This document shows, one piece after another, positions 39,182 to 47,960 of a stretch of 64,000 nucleotides of DNA (positions within the stretch are counted from its first letter, which is position 1; every line of letters begins with the position of its first letter). Under the pieces are notes generated by a model. It did no database searches, was not told the origin of the DNA, and was given only the letters and a program-made list of their open reading frames with translations. Location of the stretch: contig JBBDWL010000084.1 in assembly GCA_040902895.1 (NCBI GenBank), forward strand, positions 19,425 through 83,424. The letters are read 5' to 3'. The DNA comes from Vicinamibacterales bacterium. GTDB lineage: Bacteria > Acidobacteriota > Vicinamibacteria > Vicinamibacterales > SCN-69-37. The translations under genes were made by a program, and so were the position numbers.

Positions 39182-39811
39182 ATGTCTTTTTCGTCCAGCC
39201 GCTTGGCAATTCTGGCGACCGCCGCGTTCGCGGTGACGGTTGCCGCCACTTCCGCTGAAGCACAGAACCGGCGCGCGATCCCGCGGGCACAGGCCGACGG
39301 TCAGGCCCGCGCGGCGCAGGCGCAATACGACAACGGCGTGAGAGACGGCCTGCGCGAAGGCCGCACAGACGCGCGCCGCGGCGATCGCTTCGGCTTCAGC
39401 GAGCGCGCGTGGCAGCGCGGAAGCGCGGCGTTCAGACAAGGCTTTGAGGCGGGATATCGGCGCGCGTACGAGATCGAACGGCGTGGTGGGTACGTGGGTC
39501 GCGGTGGGAATCGTGGGTACGGTGGACGTGGGAGTGGTCGGTACGGTGGCGGTGGCTATGGCGCCGGCCGCAGCGGCGCGCCGACCTACGCAAACCCCGC
39601 CACGGCGGCCGGCTACAACGACGGCTACGAACAGGGACTCGAAGACGCGCGCGACGGCGACCGCTTCGATCCGATTCGCAGCAAAGACTATCGCGAGGCC
39701 GACAACGATTACGACCGCCGCTTCGGCACGAAAGCACAGTGGCAGGTCGCCTATCGCGAAGGATTTCGGTCAGGGTACGAGCAGGGTTATCGCGCAGGAT
39801 ACCGTCGCTAA
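39182..39811 (+). CDS. Exported Gly/Arg/Tyr-rich low-complexity protein (hypothetical)
   Basis: 209 aa. Signal peptide MSFSSSRLAILATAAFAVTVAATSAEAQ. An internal RGG/YGG tract (RRGGYVGRGGNRGYGGRGSGRYGGGGYGAGRSG) is flanked by a repeated motif: GVRDGLREGRTDARRGDRFG / GYNDGYEQGLEDARDGDRFD / YREGFRSGYEQGY. Confidence 0.6.
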   Translation: MSFSSSRLAILATAAFAVTVAATSAEAQNRRAIPRAQADGQARAAQAQYDNGVRDGLREGRTDARRGDRFGFSERAWQRGSAAFRQGFEAGYRRAYEIERRGGYVGRGGNRGYGGRGSGRYGGGGYGAGRSGAPTYANPATAAGYNDGYEQGLEDARDGDRFDPIRSKDYREADNDYDRRFGTKAQWQVAYREGFRSGYEQGYRAGYRR

Positions 39812-39826
39812 GAACAGCCGAGTTAG

Positions 39827-39898
39827 TACCGGTACGGGGATTCGAACCCCGGTCCCGTGGCTGAGAACCACGTGTCCTGACCCCTAGACGATACCGGC
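39827..39898 (-). tRNA. tRNA-Glu (anticodon CUC)
   Basis: Hand-folded cloverleaf on the minus strand. Acceptor stem GCCGGTA/TACCGGT (G1-U72 wobble; two extra flanking pairs are possible, so ends are +/-2 nt). D-arm GTC..GAC with TCTAGGGGTCAGGACA, resembling bacterial tRNA-Glu. Anticodon stem CGTGG/CCACG with loop TTCTCAG. T-arm CGGGG-TTCGAAT-CCCCG. CCA is not encoded. Confidence 0.9.
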
Positions 39899-39967
39899 AC
39901 AAGGTCTGGCGAACCCGTATTTTGGCGTACGAGCCCAAAACGGCGCAACTCTGGCATATGCGAACGC

Positions 39968-41329
39968 ATGCGCTTTCTCATCAAATTCCTCCTCCTCGTC
40001 GCCATCGTCGCCGCGATTGCCTGGTTCGCGGTCGGCCGGCTCTACGCGCCCGGCATCGAGATTCGCCAGCCGACACAGTTCATCGGCTCGAGCAGCCAGT
40101 ACGAGATCGCGGTCGCCGTGCCTCAGGCCGAGCTCACCGATCTCAAAGTCACGTTCGAGCAGAACGGGCAGGCCCAGGAACTGACGCCGGCGCAAGTCAC
40201 GTCGGACGGAGGCGCATCGGTCGTCGTGCGCGGCCCGATCGGCCGCGCGGTGCTGCGCGACGTGCAGGAAGGCGCCGGCACGCTGCGCGTCACCGCGTCG
40301 CGCATGGCGTTTGGACGCGTGCGCACGAAGGCCGCCTCAGCCGAGCGCGATCTGCAGGTCCGCCTGCGCCCGCCGCGCGTGCAGGTGCTGTCGACGCATC
40401 ACTACATCAACCAGGGCGGCGCCGAAGCGATTGTCTATCGGGTCGAGCCGGCCGGTGTGCCATCAGGCGTGATGGTCGGCGATCGCCGCTTCCCCGGACA
40501 TCCGGCCGCGGGCGCCGCGAACCTGGCGCCCGATCTCCCGAGAGACAAGCTTGCCGATCCTGCCGTGCACATCGCGTTCTTCGCGCTCGACTGGAACCAA
40601 GATCCGAATGCGCCGATGTATGTGTTCGCCGAAGACGAGGCCGGTAACCGCGCGCGCGCCGACTTCGAGCGCCGCGTCTTTCCCAGGGCGTTCAACACCA
40701 GCACGATCGAGCTCGATGATCCGTTTTTGAATCGTGTGGTGCCGGCGATCGAGGCGGAAACCACGAGCCTCACGGCGCAGGGCAGCCTCATCGAGCGCTA
40801 CCTCGCCATCAATCGCGATCTGCGCACGCGAAACAACGACGAGATCGCGAAGATGCGCGAGAAGACGGCGAAGGAAACGCAGTGGAGCGGCGCGTTCGTG
40901 CCGTTCAAGGATGGCGCCGTGCAGGCCGCGTTCGCGGATCAGCGCACGTACATGTATCAGGGCAAGGAGGTCGACCGGCAGGTGCACCTCGGCTTCGACC
41001 TTGCCTCGAACGCCAACGCGCCGGTCATCGCCGGCAACCGCGGCACCGTGGTGTTTGCCGACTATCTCGGCATTTATGGCAACTGCGTGATCATCGATCA
41101 CGGCATGGGACTGCAGTCCCTCTACGGGCACCTGTCGTCAATCGGCACGAGTGTCGGACACACCGTCGAACGCGGCGCCGAGCTCGGCCGCACCGGCATC
41201 ACAGGTCTTGCCGGCGGCGATCACCTGCACTACACGATGCTGCTGCAGGGCCAGTCGCTCAATCCCGTCGAATGGTGGGACCAGCACTGGATCGAGGATC
41301 GAATACTCCGCAAGCTGCGCTTGCCGTGA
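39968..41329 (+). CDS. M23-family (LytM-type) peptidoglycan endopeptidase
   Basis: 453 aa with an N-terminal TM anchor (FLIKFLLLVAIVAAIAWFAV). The C-terminal M23 domain has HLGFDLAS, GNCVIIDHGMGLQSLYGHLS and GDHLHYTMLLQG. Confidence 0.85.
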   Translation: MRFLIKFLLLVAIVAAIAWFAVGRLYAPGIEIRQPTQFIGSSSQYEIAVAVPQAELTDLKVTFEQNGQAQELTPAQVTSDGGASVVVRGPIGRAVLRDVQEGAGTLRVTASRMAFGRVRTKAASAERDLQVRLRPPRVQVLSTHHYINQGGAEAIVYRVEPAGVPSGVMVGDRRFPGHPAAGAANLAPDLPRDKLADPAVHIAFFALDWNQDPNAPMYVFAEDEAGNRARADFERRVFPRAFNTSTIELDDPFLNRVVPAIEAETTSLTAQGSLIERYLAINRDLRTRNNDEIAKMREKTAKETQWSGAFVPFKDGAVQAAFADQRTYMYQGKEVDRQVHLGFDLASNANAPVIAGNRGTVVFADYLGIYGNCVIIDHGMGLQSLYGHLSSIGTSVGHTVERGAELGRTGITGLAGGDHLHYTMLLQGQSLNPVEWWDQHWIEDRILRKLRLP

Positions 41330-41371
41330 TCGGCAGCCGGCAGCCGGCAACCGATATAATTCGATCCATCC

Positions 41372-42127
41372 ATGCGTTCATACCTGTTTTCTGTACTTTT
41401 CTTGTCCGCAGCCCTGTCTGGCTGCGGTGGTGATGACAATTCCGGCACGGCGGTGCCCGTGCAGACGGGCACGAAGCGGGTCGATGCGTCCACAACCGGC
41501 TCGGTCGCGGGCCGGGTGACGTTCCAGGGTCAGGCACCGGCGCCGGCGGTGCTGCGTGTCGAGGCCGATCCGGCGTGCACGGCACACGGCAACACGATCG
41601 TCGACGAGTCGCTGATGGTCGACGGCACCGGCGGCCTGAAAAACGCCTTCGTGTACGTGAAGAACGGCCTCGAGGATTACGCGTTCGACACACCAACCGA
41701 ACCTGTCCTGCTCGACAACAAGGGCTGCCGCTACGAGCCGCACGTCTTCGGCGTGCGCGTCGGACAGCCGGTGCGCGTGCTCAACAGCGATCCGACCCTG
41801 CACAACGTGCACGCGATCCCGCAGCGCAACGGCGAATTCAATCAAGGCCTGCCGATCCAGGGCATGGACTTGAAAGAAACGTTCACCGTTCCCGAGATCG
41901 GCGTGCCGTTCAAATGCGACGTGCACGGCTGGATGACGGCCTATGCCGGCATCGTGGCGCACCCGTACTTCGCCGTGACCGACGCCGCGGGCAACTTCTC
42001 ACTGCCGAATCTGCCGCCTGGCACCTACACGCTCGAGGTGTGGCACGAGAAGCTCGGCACGCGCACGCAGCAGATCACGGTCGCGGCGAAGCAATCGGCT
42101 GACGCATCGCTCACCTTCACCGGCTAG
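41372..42127 (+). CDS. Lipoprotein with cupredoxin-like (amicyanin-spacing Cys-His-Met) and CarboxypepD_reg-like segments
   Basis: 251 aa. Lipobox LSAALSGC. Candidate type-1 Cu ligands are HNVH upstream plus CDVHGWM (C-x2-H-x2-M, as in amicyanin). C-terminal GNFSLPNLPPGTYTLEVWHEKLG. The stop lies 1 nt before the ctaA ATG. Confidence 0.5.
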   Translation: MRSYLFSVLFLSAALSGCGGDDNSGTAVPVQTGTKRVDASTTGSVAGRVTFQGQAPAPAVLRVEADPACTAHGNTIVDESLMVDGTGGLKNAFVYVKNGLEDYAFDTPTEPVLLDNKGCRYEPHVFGVRVGQPVRVLNSDPTLHNVHAIPQRNGEFNQGLPIQGMDLKETFTVPEIGVPFKCDVHGWMTAYAGIVAHPYFAVTDAAGNFSLPNLPPGTYTLEVWHEKLGTRTQQITVAAKQSADASLTFTG

Positions 42128-42128
42128 C

Positions 42129-43016
42129 ATGCGCTGGCTCCACCGCTTCGCGTGGTTCGTTGCGGCGTCGACGCTGCTGCTGATTGCGGCCGGCGGCATG
42201 GTGACCAGCACGGATTCGGGTCTCGCGGTGCCCGACTGGCCCAACACGTACGGCCACTTCATGTTCTCGTTTCCGATGAAGAACATGGTCGGCGGCATCC
42301 TCTATGAACACGGCCACCGCCTGATCGCGAGCACCGTCGGATTTCTCACGATCATCCTCGCGGTATGGATCTGGAAGGTGGACTCGCGCCGCTGGATGCG
42401 CAGGCTCGGCGTCATCGCGCTCGCCGCCGTGATCGTGCAGGGGGTGCTCGGCGGCATCACGGTGCTCTATTTTCTGCCGGCGCCGGTCTCTATCGCGCAC
42501 GCGGGCCTTGCGGAGATCTTCTTCTGTCTGACCGTCGCAATCGCCGTGTTCACGTCGCCGCGCTGGCTGGCGCGTTCGGGCGAGCCGGCCCGCGATCGCA
42601 TGCTGCGCCGCATTGCCGCAGGCACGACCGGTCTCGTGTTCGGCCAGATTCTGCTGGGCGCGGCGATGCGGCACACCGGCGCCGGCCTTGCCATTCCCGA
42701 CTTCCCTCTTGCGTTCGGGCGTCTGGTGCCGCCCGTGTGGAACCCGGGCGTGGCCATCCACTACGCGCATCGCGTGGGCGCGCTGATCGTCACGCTTTGC
42801 GTTCTCGCAGTCGCGGGGCATATCTTCTATCACCATCGCGCACGCCGTGAGCTCACGCGCCCGGCCGCGCTGCTGATCGTGCTGGTGGCCTCGCAGATCA
42901 CGCTGGGCGCCCTCGTCGTGCTGAGCGGGCGCCAGGACGTGATCAACACGGCGCATGTCGTCAACGGCGCGATGGTGCTGGTCACGTCGCTCGTCGTGAG
43001 CCTTTGGACCTTATGA
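42129..43016 (+). CDS. ctaA: Haem A synthase (COX15/CtaA family)
   Basis: 295 aa, about 8 TM helices. N-terminal GGMVTSTDSGLAVPDWPNTYG and conserved His-containing helices (EHGHRLIA, IAHAGLAE, HYAHRVGA, NTAHVVNG). Confidence 0.85.
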   Translation: MRWLHRFAWFVAASTLLLIAAGGMVTSTDSGLAVPDWPNTYGHFMFSFPMKNMVGGILYEHGHRLIASTVGFLTIILAVWIWKVDSRRWMRRLGVIALAAVIVQGVLGGITVLYFLPAPVSIAHAGLAEIFFCLTVAIAVFTSPRWLARSGEPARDRMLRRIAAGTTGLVFGQILLGAAMRHTGAGLAIPDFPLAFGRLVPPVWNPGVAIHYAHRVGALIVTLCVLAVAGHIFYHHRARRELTRPAALLIVLVASQITLGALVVLSGRQDVINTAHVVNGAMVLVTSLVVSLWTL

Positions 43017-43900
43017 AAGCCGCCGCCGTTCCGATCGCCGTGCCGCGCAGCCGCCTTGCGGACTTCTTCGTCTTCACGAAGGTGCGCGTCAACGCGCTCG
43101 TGGTGGCCACCACCGCGGGCGGCTTCTACATGGCGTCGCCCGATGCGCTCAACGTCGCCTTGCTCATCGGAACCGTGATTGGCACCGCGCTGGTCGCGGG
43201 CGGGGCGGCCGCGCTCAATCAGATCAGCGAGCGTGACATCGACGGTCTGATGGATCGCACGCGCCTGCGTCCGCTGCCAGACGGCCGCATGAAGCTCGGC
43301 GAAGCGCGCCTGATTGCGTGGACGTGCTGCCTGTCGGGCATCGCGCTGCTCGCCGGCATCGCGAACGCGCTTGCGGCCGTCGTTGCCGCGATCACGCTTG
43401 TCACCTACGTGTGGGTCTACACGCCGATGAAGCGCGCCACATCCTTCTCCACCGTCGTCGGCGCGGTGCCGGGCGCGCTGCCGCCGATGATCGGCTGGGC
43501 CGCCGCGCGCAACGCGATCGACGCGCCGGCGTGGGCGCTCTTCTTCATCATCTTTCTGTGGCAGCTGCCGCACTTCCTGGCCATCGCCTGGCTCTATCGC
43601 GAAGACTACGCCCGCGCGGCATTGCCGATGCTGCCCGTCGTGGAACCCGACGGCGCCAGCACCGCGCGCCAGGCGCTGCTCTACGCGACGGCACTGGTGC
43701 CGATGAGCATCCTTCCCGCCGCGCTTGGCATGGCCGGCCTGATCTACGCGATCGCCGCGCTCGCGCTCGGCCTTGCCTTCGTCGCGATGGGCATCCGCTT
43801 CGCGATGCACCGCACGAAACCCAACGCGCGCCTCCTCTTCCTCACGTCGCTCATCTACCTCCCTGCCGTGTGGGCGGTGATGATGCTCGATCGGACTTAG
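43013..43900 (+). CDS. ctaB: Protohaem IX farnesyltransferase (haem O synthase)
   Basis: ORF 43004..43900 trimmed to the ATG at 43013, which overlaps the ctaA TGA (ATGA). UbiA-family motifs: ALNQISERDIDGLMDRTRLRPLP and a second Asp-rich region near YREDYARA. Multi-TM. Confidence 0.9.
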   Translation: MKAAAVPIAVPRSRLADFFVFTKVRVNALVVATTAGGFYMASPDALNVALLIGTVIGTALVAGGAAALNQISERDIDGLMDRTRLRPLPDGRMKLGEARLIAWTCCLSGIALLAGIANALAAVVAAITLVTYVWVYTPMKRATSFSTVVGAVPGALPPMIGWAAARNAIDAPAWALFFIIFLWQLPHFLAIAWLYREDYARAALPMLPVVEPDGASTARQALLYATALVPMSILPAALGMAGLIYAIAALALGLAFVAMGIRFAMHRTKPNARLLFLTSLIYLPAVWAVMMLDRT

Positions 43901-44028
43901 AAATGTAAATTGTAAATCGTAAATAGCATTGTAAATTGGGCTATTGCGACGTCACGCCGTCGCGCTGCACTGAAGCGGCAGCAATAGCGCAATAGACAAT
44001 GCTATTTACAATTTACAATTTACATTTC
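43900..44028. repeat. AT-rich 129-bp palindromic element with TGTAAAT heptad repeats
   Basis: The 33-nt arms 43900-43932 and 43996-44028 are reverse complements with one mismatch and are about 24 percent G+C. An inner 8-bp pair is CTATTGCG (43941-48) with CGCAATAG (43988-95). Heptads: TGTAAAT at 43904, 43911 and 43930, CGTAAAT at 43918, mirrored by ATTTACA x3 at 44004-44024. The element starts at the last base of the ctaB stop codon and ends 7 nt before the DUF420 GTG. Confidence 0.85.
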
Positions 44029-44035
44029 GCTGACA

Positions 44036-44455
44036 GTGTCTAATTTAATTCCCCTCCTCCCCGCTGTGAACGCGTCGCTCAACGCGATTGCGGGCACGTG
44101 CCTGGTGATCGCGTGGGTGCTGATCAGGCGCCGGCGTATCGAGGCGCATCGGCGGATGATGATCGCGGCGTTTGGCGCCTCGGCGCTGTTCCTCGTGTCG
44201 TACGTCATCTATCACGCCAACACCGGCTCGCGGCCGTATCACGGCACCGGCTGGCTCCGCGCCGTCTATTTCTCGATCCTCATCCCGCACGTCATCCTCG
44301 CCGCCGCGGTCGTCCCCCTTGCCATCGTCACCCTCCGCCGCGGCCTGATTCGAGACGACCTCCGCCACCGCCGCATCGCCCGGATCACCCTGCCGATCTG
44401 GCTCTTTGTCTCGGTGACCGGTGTAATCGTGTACCTGATGCTGTATCAGTTTTAA
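44036..44455 (+). CDS. DUF420-family membrane protein (family of the cytochrome oxidase assembly factor CtaM)
   Basis: 139 aa with a GTG start and four TM helices. The N-terminal pattern LLPAVNASLNAIAGTCLVIAWVLIRRRRIEAHRRMMIAAFGASALFLVSYVIYH is typical of DUF420. It lies directly downstream of ctaA-ctaB. Confidence 0.7.
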   Translation: MSNLIPLLPAVNASLNAIAGTCLVIAWVLIRRRRIEAHRRMMIAAFGASALFLVSYVIYHANTGSRPYHGTGWLRAVYFSILIPHVILAAAVVPLAIVTLRRGLIRDDLRHRRIARITLPIWLFVSVTGVIVYLMLYQF

Positions 44456-44480
44456 TTCCGCTATACTCGCCCGGCTCCCT

Positions 44481-45638
44481 ATGGACTACCCGGCTCCGGC
44501 TCCCATCGAGCCGAGGCTCATCGCGGCGGCCGCGGCCACGATCGTCGCGGGATTGCTGTTCCTGTTGTATTTGAACAGGCGGCGCGCGTACGTCCTGCTC
44601 TGGATCGGCGGCTGGGTGCTCATCGCGGCCGGCATGATGCTGCTGGGCGACGAGGATCGGTTCGGCGGCAACGTTGCCGGCTTCGCTGGCCTGTACCAGA
44701 CCATCAACGTCTCGAGTGCCCTGGCGTTCGCGCTCAGCGCGTCGGCCGTGGGCGGCACGATTGGGTGGACGATGCGCCATTCGCTTGGCGCGCTGCTGCT
44801 CGGCGTGTGGCTGGCGATGGGCAGCCCGACGTTCGGCGTGGTGGGCGCGCTGATGCCGGGCTATCTCGTGGCCGCCACCGCGCTTGCGACCGCCAGCGTC
44901 AGGTTCGCCAAAGTGGCCAGGCGCGAGCAATTCACCGGAGCCGGGCTCATGGCCGTGGGCTTCGGTATCGTCGCCCTGTCGAATCTCTGGATGATTCGCG
45001 CGGTGGCAATGGTCGCGCCCGAGATCGTGATGCGGCTGATGGCGCTCAACTTCGTCGCCTACGCCATCGTCACGCTCGGGATGCACCTGCTGATCTTCGA
45101 GGATACGACAAAGGAGCTGCGGCTCTCGAACAAGCGCCTCGAGGCGGCGCGTGAAGAGCTGCGCGGGCTTGCGCTGACCGATCCGCTTACCAACGCGTAC
45201 AACCGCCGCTTCTTCGACGAGATCATCGCGCGCGAGCTCGAGCGTCACCGGCGCGCGAAGCAGCCCCTGTCGGTCGCCTTCATCGACATCGATCGCTTCA
45301 AGACCGTGAACGACGTGCACGGCCATTCGGTCGGCGACAGCCTGCTTCGCGACGTCGCCGAGTATCTGAAGCGCAAGCTGCGCGAGACCGACTACGTGTT
45401 CCGCTGGGGCGGTGACGAGTTCGTCGTGCTGATGTCGTGTCCTGTTGTCGAGGCCCTAAAGAAGATGCAGGTGCTCGAGCAGGAATATGAGTCGGCGCCG
45501 CTGATGACGTCGCTTGGCGCAGGCGTCGGGCTGAGCATCGGATGCGCCGAAGCGCCCCCGGGAACGAAAGATATCGAGGCGATCATCAAAGCGGCCGACG
45601 AGCACATGTATCTGCAGCGGCGGCCCGCGCCGGCGTAA
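44481..45638 (+). CDS. Membrane-bound diguanylate cyclase (GGDEF domain)
   Basis: 385 aa. About six TM helices, a coiled linker, then DPLTNAYNRRFFDE, FIDIDRFKTVNDVHGHSVGD, and an intact RWGGDEFVVLM. Confidence 0.85.
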   Translation: MDYPAPAPIEPRLIAAAAATIVAGLLFLLYLNRRRAYVLLWIGGWVLIAAGMMLLGDEDRFGGNVAGFAGLYQTINVSSALAFALSASAVGGTIGWTMRHSLGALLLGVWLAMGSPTFGVVGALMPGYLVAATALATASVRFAKVARREQFTGAGLMAVGFGIVALSNLWMIRAVAMVAPEIVMRLMALNFVAYAIVTLGMHLLIFEDTTKELRLSNKRLEAAREELRGLALTDPLTNAYNRRFFDEIIARELERHRRAKQPLSVAFIDIDRFKTVNDVHGHSVGDSLLRDVAEYLKRKLRETDYVFRWGGDEFVVLMSCPVVEALKKMQVLEQEYESAPLMTSLGAGVGLSIGCAEAPPGTKDIEAIIKAADEHMYLQRRPAPA

Positions 45639-45731
45639 TCGCGCCGGATCGGTCCGCGGCTCACCGCGCGCGCGGTCGATCGACAGGCCGCCGAGTTTCG
45701 CTTCCTGGTTGGCGGCGGCTAGAATTCAAGA

Positions 45732-47960
45732 GTGAAACGCCGTACGCCTCGCCGGGCGCCGCCGCAGACGGCGCGAGCGCGGTGGTCGCTCCCGATTGTG
45801 GCCGGTGCCGTGCTGGCCCTGCTGGTCGGGCTGTCTCTGCTCTGGTACGGCCGCCATGCATCGACGGGATCGAGCCACGCCGGACCGATCATCCTCATCT
45901 CTATTGACACGCTGCGCGCCGATCATCTGCCCGCCTACGGTTACACGGGCGTCGCAACGCCGCACCTTGACGCGCTCGCGCGCGACAGCGCGATCTTCGA
46001 ACGCGCGTACTCGCACTCGCCGCAGACGCTGCCGGCGCACGCGTCGATCTTGACGGGCGAGCTGCCCTTCGAACACGGCGTTCGCGACAACATCGGGTTC
46101 AGCGTGAAGCCAAATCAGCGGACGCTGCCGCAGCTGCTGGGCGCCCATGGTTACGGAACCGCTGGATTCGTGTCCTCATTCGTGCTCAGACAGGACACGG
46201 GCGTGGGCCAGGGCTTCGCGCTTTACGACAGTGAGATGCCGCCTGCCGCTCCTGGTGCGGCAATCGGGCAGGTGCAGCGCGACGGCGGCGAGACGCTCGC
46301 ACGGGTCGAACGGTGGCTGGACGGGCAGGCGGGATCGCGCTTCTTTCTTTTTTTCCACCTGTACGAGCCGCACACGCCATATCGTCCGCCGGCGCGCTTT
46401 GCCCGATACTCCGCGTATGACGGCGAAATCGCCTATGCGGACGAGATCGTCGGACGCTTGCTCGACTCGCTGAAGCGCCGCGCGCTGTACGACGCGGCGA
46501 CCATTGTCGTGCTCTCCGACCACGGCGAGGGCCTGGGCGATCATGGCGAGCGTGAGCACGGCGTCTTCATCTACGACGAGAGCATCCGCGTGCCGCTGAT
46601 CGTCAAGCTTCCTGACAACCGCGGCGCAGGCCGCCGCGCGTCCGCGCCGGTGCAGCACGTGGACGTGGCGCCCACCCTGCTCGACCTCGCCGGCGTGGCG
46701 CGTCCGGCCGAGTGGCGCGGCCGCTCGCTGCGGCCGCTGCTCGAGGATGGCGTCGCGCTCGAGGAACAGGGCATCTATTCCGAGTCGATGTATCCCCGCT
46801 ATCATTTTGGCTGGAGCGAGCTGACGTCGCTCACGGATGCGCGGTACCGCTTCATCAAGGCCCCGCGTACGGAGCTGTACGACCTCACCAGCGATCCCCG
46901 GGAAACCAACAACCTGGCTGGTGCCCGCGCGCAGACGGAGGCCGCGATGGGTGCGGCGCTCGATCGCCTGACAGCGGGCCGTTCGCTGGGAGAACCCTCC
47001 GCCGTTTCGAACGAAACGCGCGAGCGGTTACAGGCCCTCGGGTACGTCGGGACGCAGTCGGCAGTCGGCGCCGCCGTGCCGGGAGTCGCGCTCGCCGATC
47101 CGAAGGACAAGGTCCACGTCCTCGAGGCCTACCGCCGTGCCATCGACTTCGCGAACGAACGCCGGTTCGCCGAGGCCGTGCCGGTGCTTCGCGGCATTCT
47201 TCAGACCGAGCCCGGCATGGCCGATGTGTGGCAGCAGCTCGGGAACATTCTGTCGCGGCTGGGGCGTCAGCAGGAAGCCGTGGATGCGTTCAAGCGCTTC
47301 GTCACGCTGAAGCCTGACGATCCGGGGGGGCTCGTGCTCGTGGCGGGAACGCTCATGCGTATGGGACGACTCGACGAGGCCTGGTCGCACGCGCAGCTCG
47401 CCGCGCAGGTGGCCCCGGCGCACGATCGGCGCGCGCGCGGCTCGGCATACGAGACCCTGGCGCGGATCGCCCTGCGCCGCAACGATCCGGAAGCGGCGCG
47501 CCGCGCGGCGGCCGAAGCACATGCCGCCGATCCGTCGCTGCCGATGCCACAGTACGTGCAGGGCCGCCTCCTTCACATGTCGGGCCGGTATGCCGAGGCC
47601 CTGCCGCATTTCGAGGAAGCACTCCGGCAGCTCGACGCCCGCAACGTGACGCTGGGGGAGATTCACTACTACACGGGCGATACACTGGCTCGCCTCGAGC
47701 GCCACGGCGAAGCGGAGACCCGGTTCCGCAGAGAGGTCGCGCTGTTTCCGCAGAACAGTCGCGCCTGGGCGGGACTGGCGATGTTGTATCGGGCAACAGG
47801 GCGTAACCGCGAGGCCGAGCAGGCGATTGCCGACCTCCTCTCGCGTGTGCCAACCGCCGAAGCGCACGGGCTGGCCGCGGATCTATGGACGATGTTCGGT
47901 GAACCGCAGCGAGCGGCGGCGGTGCGCGAACGCGCGCGCCGGCTCGAGGCGCGCCGTTGA
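45732..47960 (+). CDS. Sulfatase-like hydrolase/transferase (alkaline-phosphatase superfamily) fused to TPR repeats
   Basis: 742 aa with a GTG start and an N-terminal TM anchor. ILISIDTLRADHLPAYGY metal site. SPQTLPAHASILTG has a Thr-type nucleophile context and lacks the C/S-x-P-x-R formylglycine motif. VVLSDHGEGLGDHGE. The C-terminal ~300 aa is TPR-like. Confidence 0.75.
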   Translation: MKRRTPRRAPPQTARARWSLPIVAGAVLALLVGLSLLWYGRHASTGSSHAGPIILISIDTLRADHLPAYGYTGVATPHLDALARDSAIFERAYSHSPQTLPAHASILTGELPFEHGVRDNIGFSVKPNQRTLPQLLGAHGYGTAGFVSSFVLRQDTGVGQGFALYDSEMPPAAPGAAIGQVQRDGGETLARVERWLDGQAGSRFFLFFHLYEPHTPYRPPARFARYSAYDGEIAYADEIVGRLLDSLKRRALYDAATIVVLSDHGEGLGDHGEREHGVFIYDESIRVPLIVKLPDNRGAGRRASAPVQHVDVAPTLLDLAGVARPAEWRGRSLRPLLEDGVALEEQGIYSESMYPRYHFGWSELTSLTDARYRFIKAPRTELYDLTSDPRETNNLAGARAQTEAAMGAALDRLTAGRSLGEPSAVSNETRERLQALGYVGTQSAVGAAVPGVALADPKDKVHVLEAYRRAIDFANERRFAEAVPVLRGILQTEPGMADVWQQLGNILSRLGRQQEAVDAFKRFVTLKPDDPGGLVLVAGTLMRMGRLDEAWSHAQLAAQVAPAHDRRARGSAYETLARIALRRNDPEAARRAAAEAHAADPSLPMPQYVQGRLLHMSGRYAEALPHFEEALRQLDARNVTLGEIHYYTGDTLARLERHGEAETRFRREVALFPQNSRAWAGLAMLYRATGRNREAEQAIADLLSRVPTAEAHGLAADLWTMFGEPQRAAAVRERARRLEARR

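Noticed and set aside
43900-44028. Calling the AT-rich palindrome a MITE (mobile_element)
   Set aside because: Terminal inverted repeats are present, but I see no flanking target-site duplication and cannot count other copies. It is therefore reported only as a repeat, with MITE as one hypothesis.
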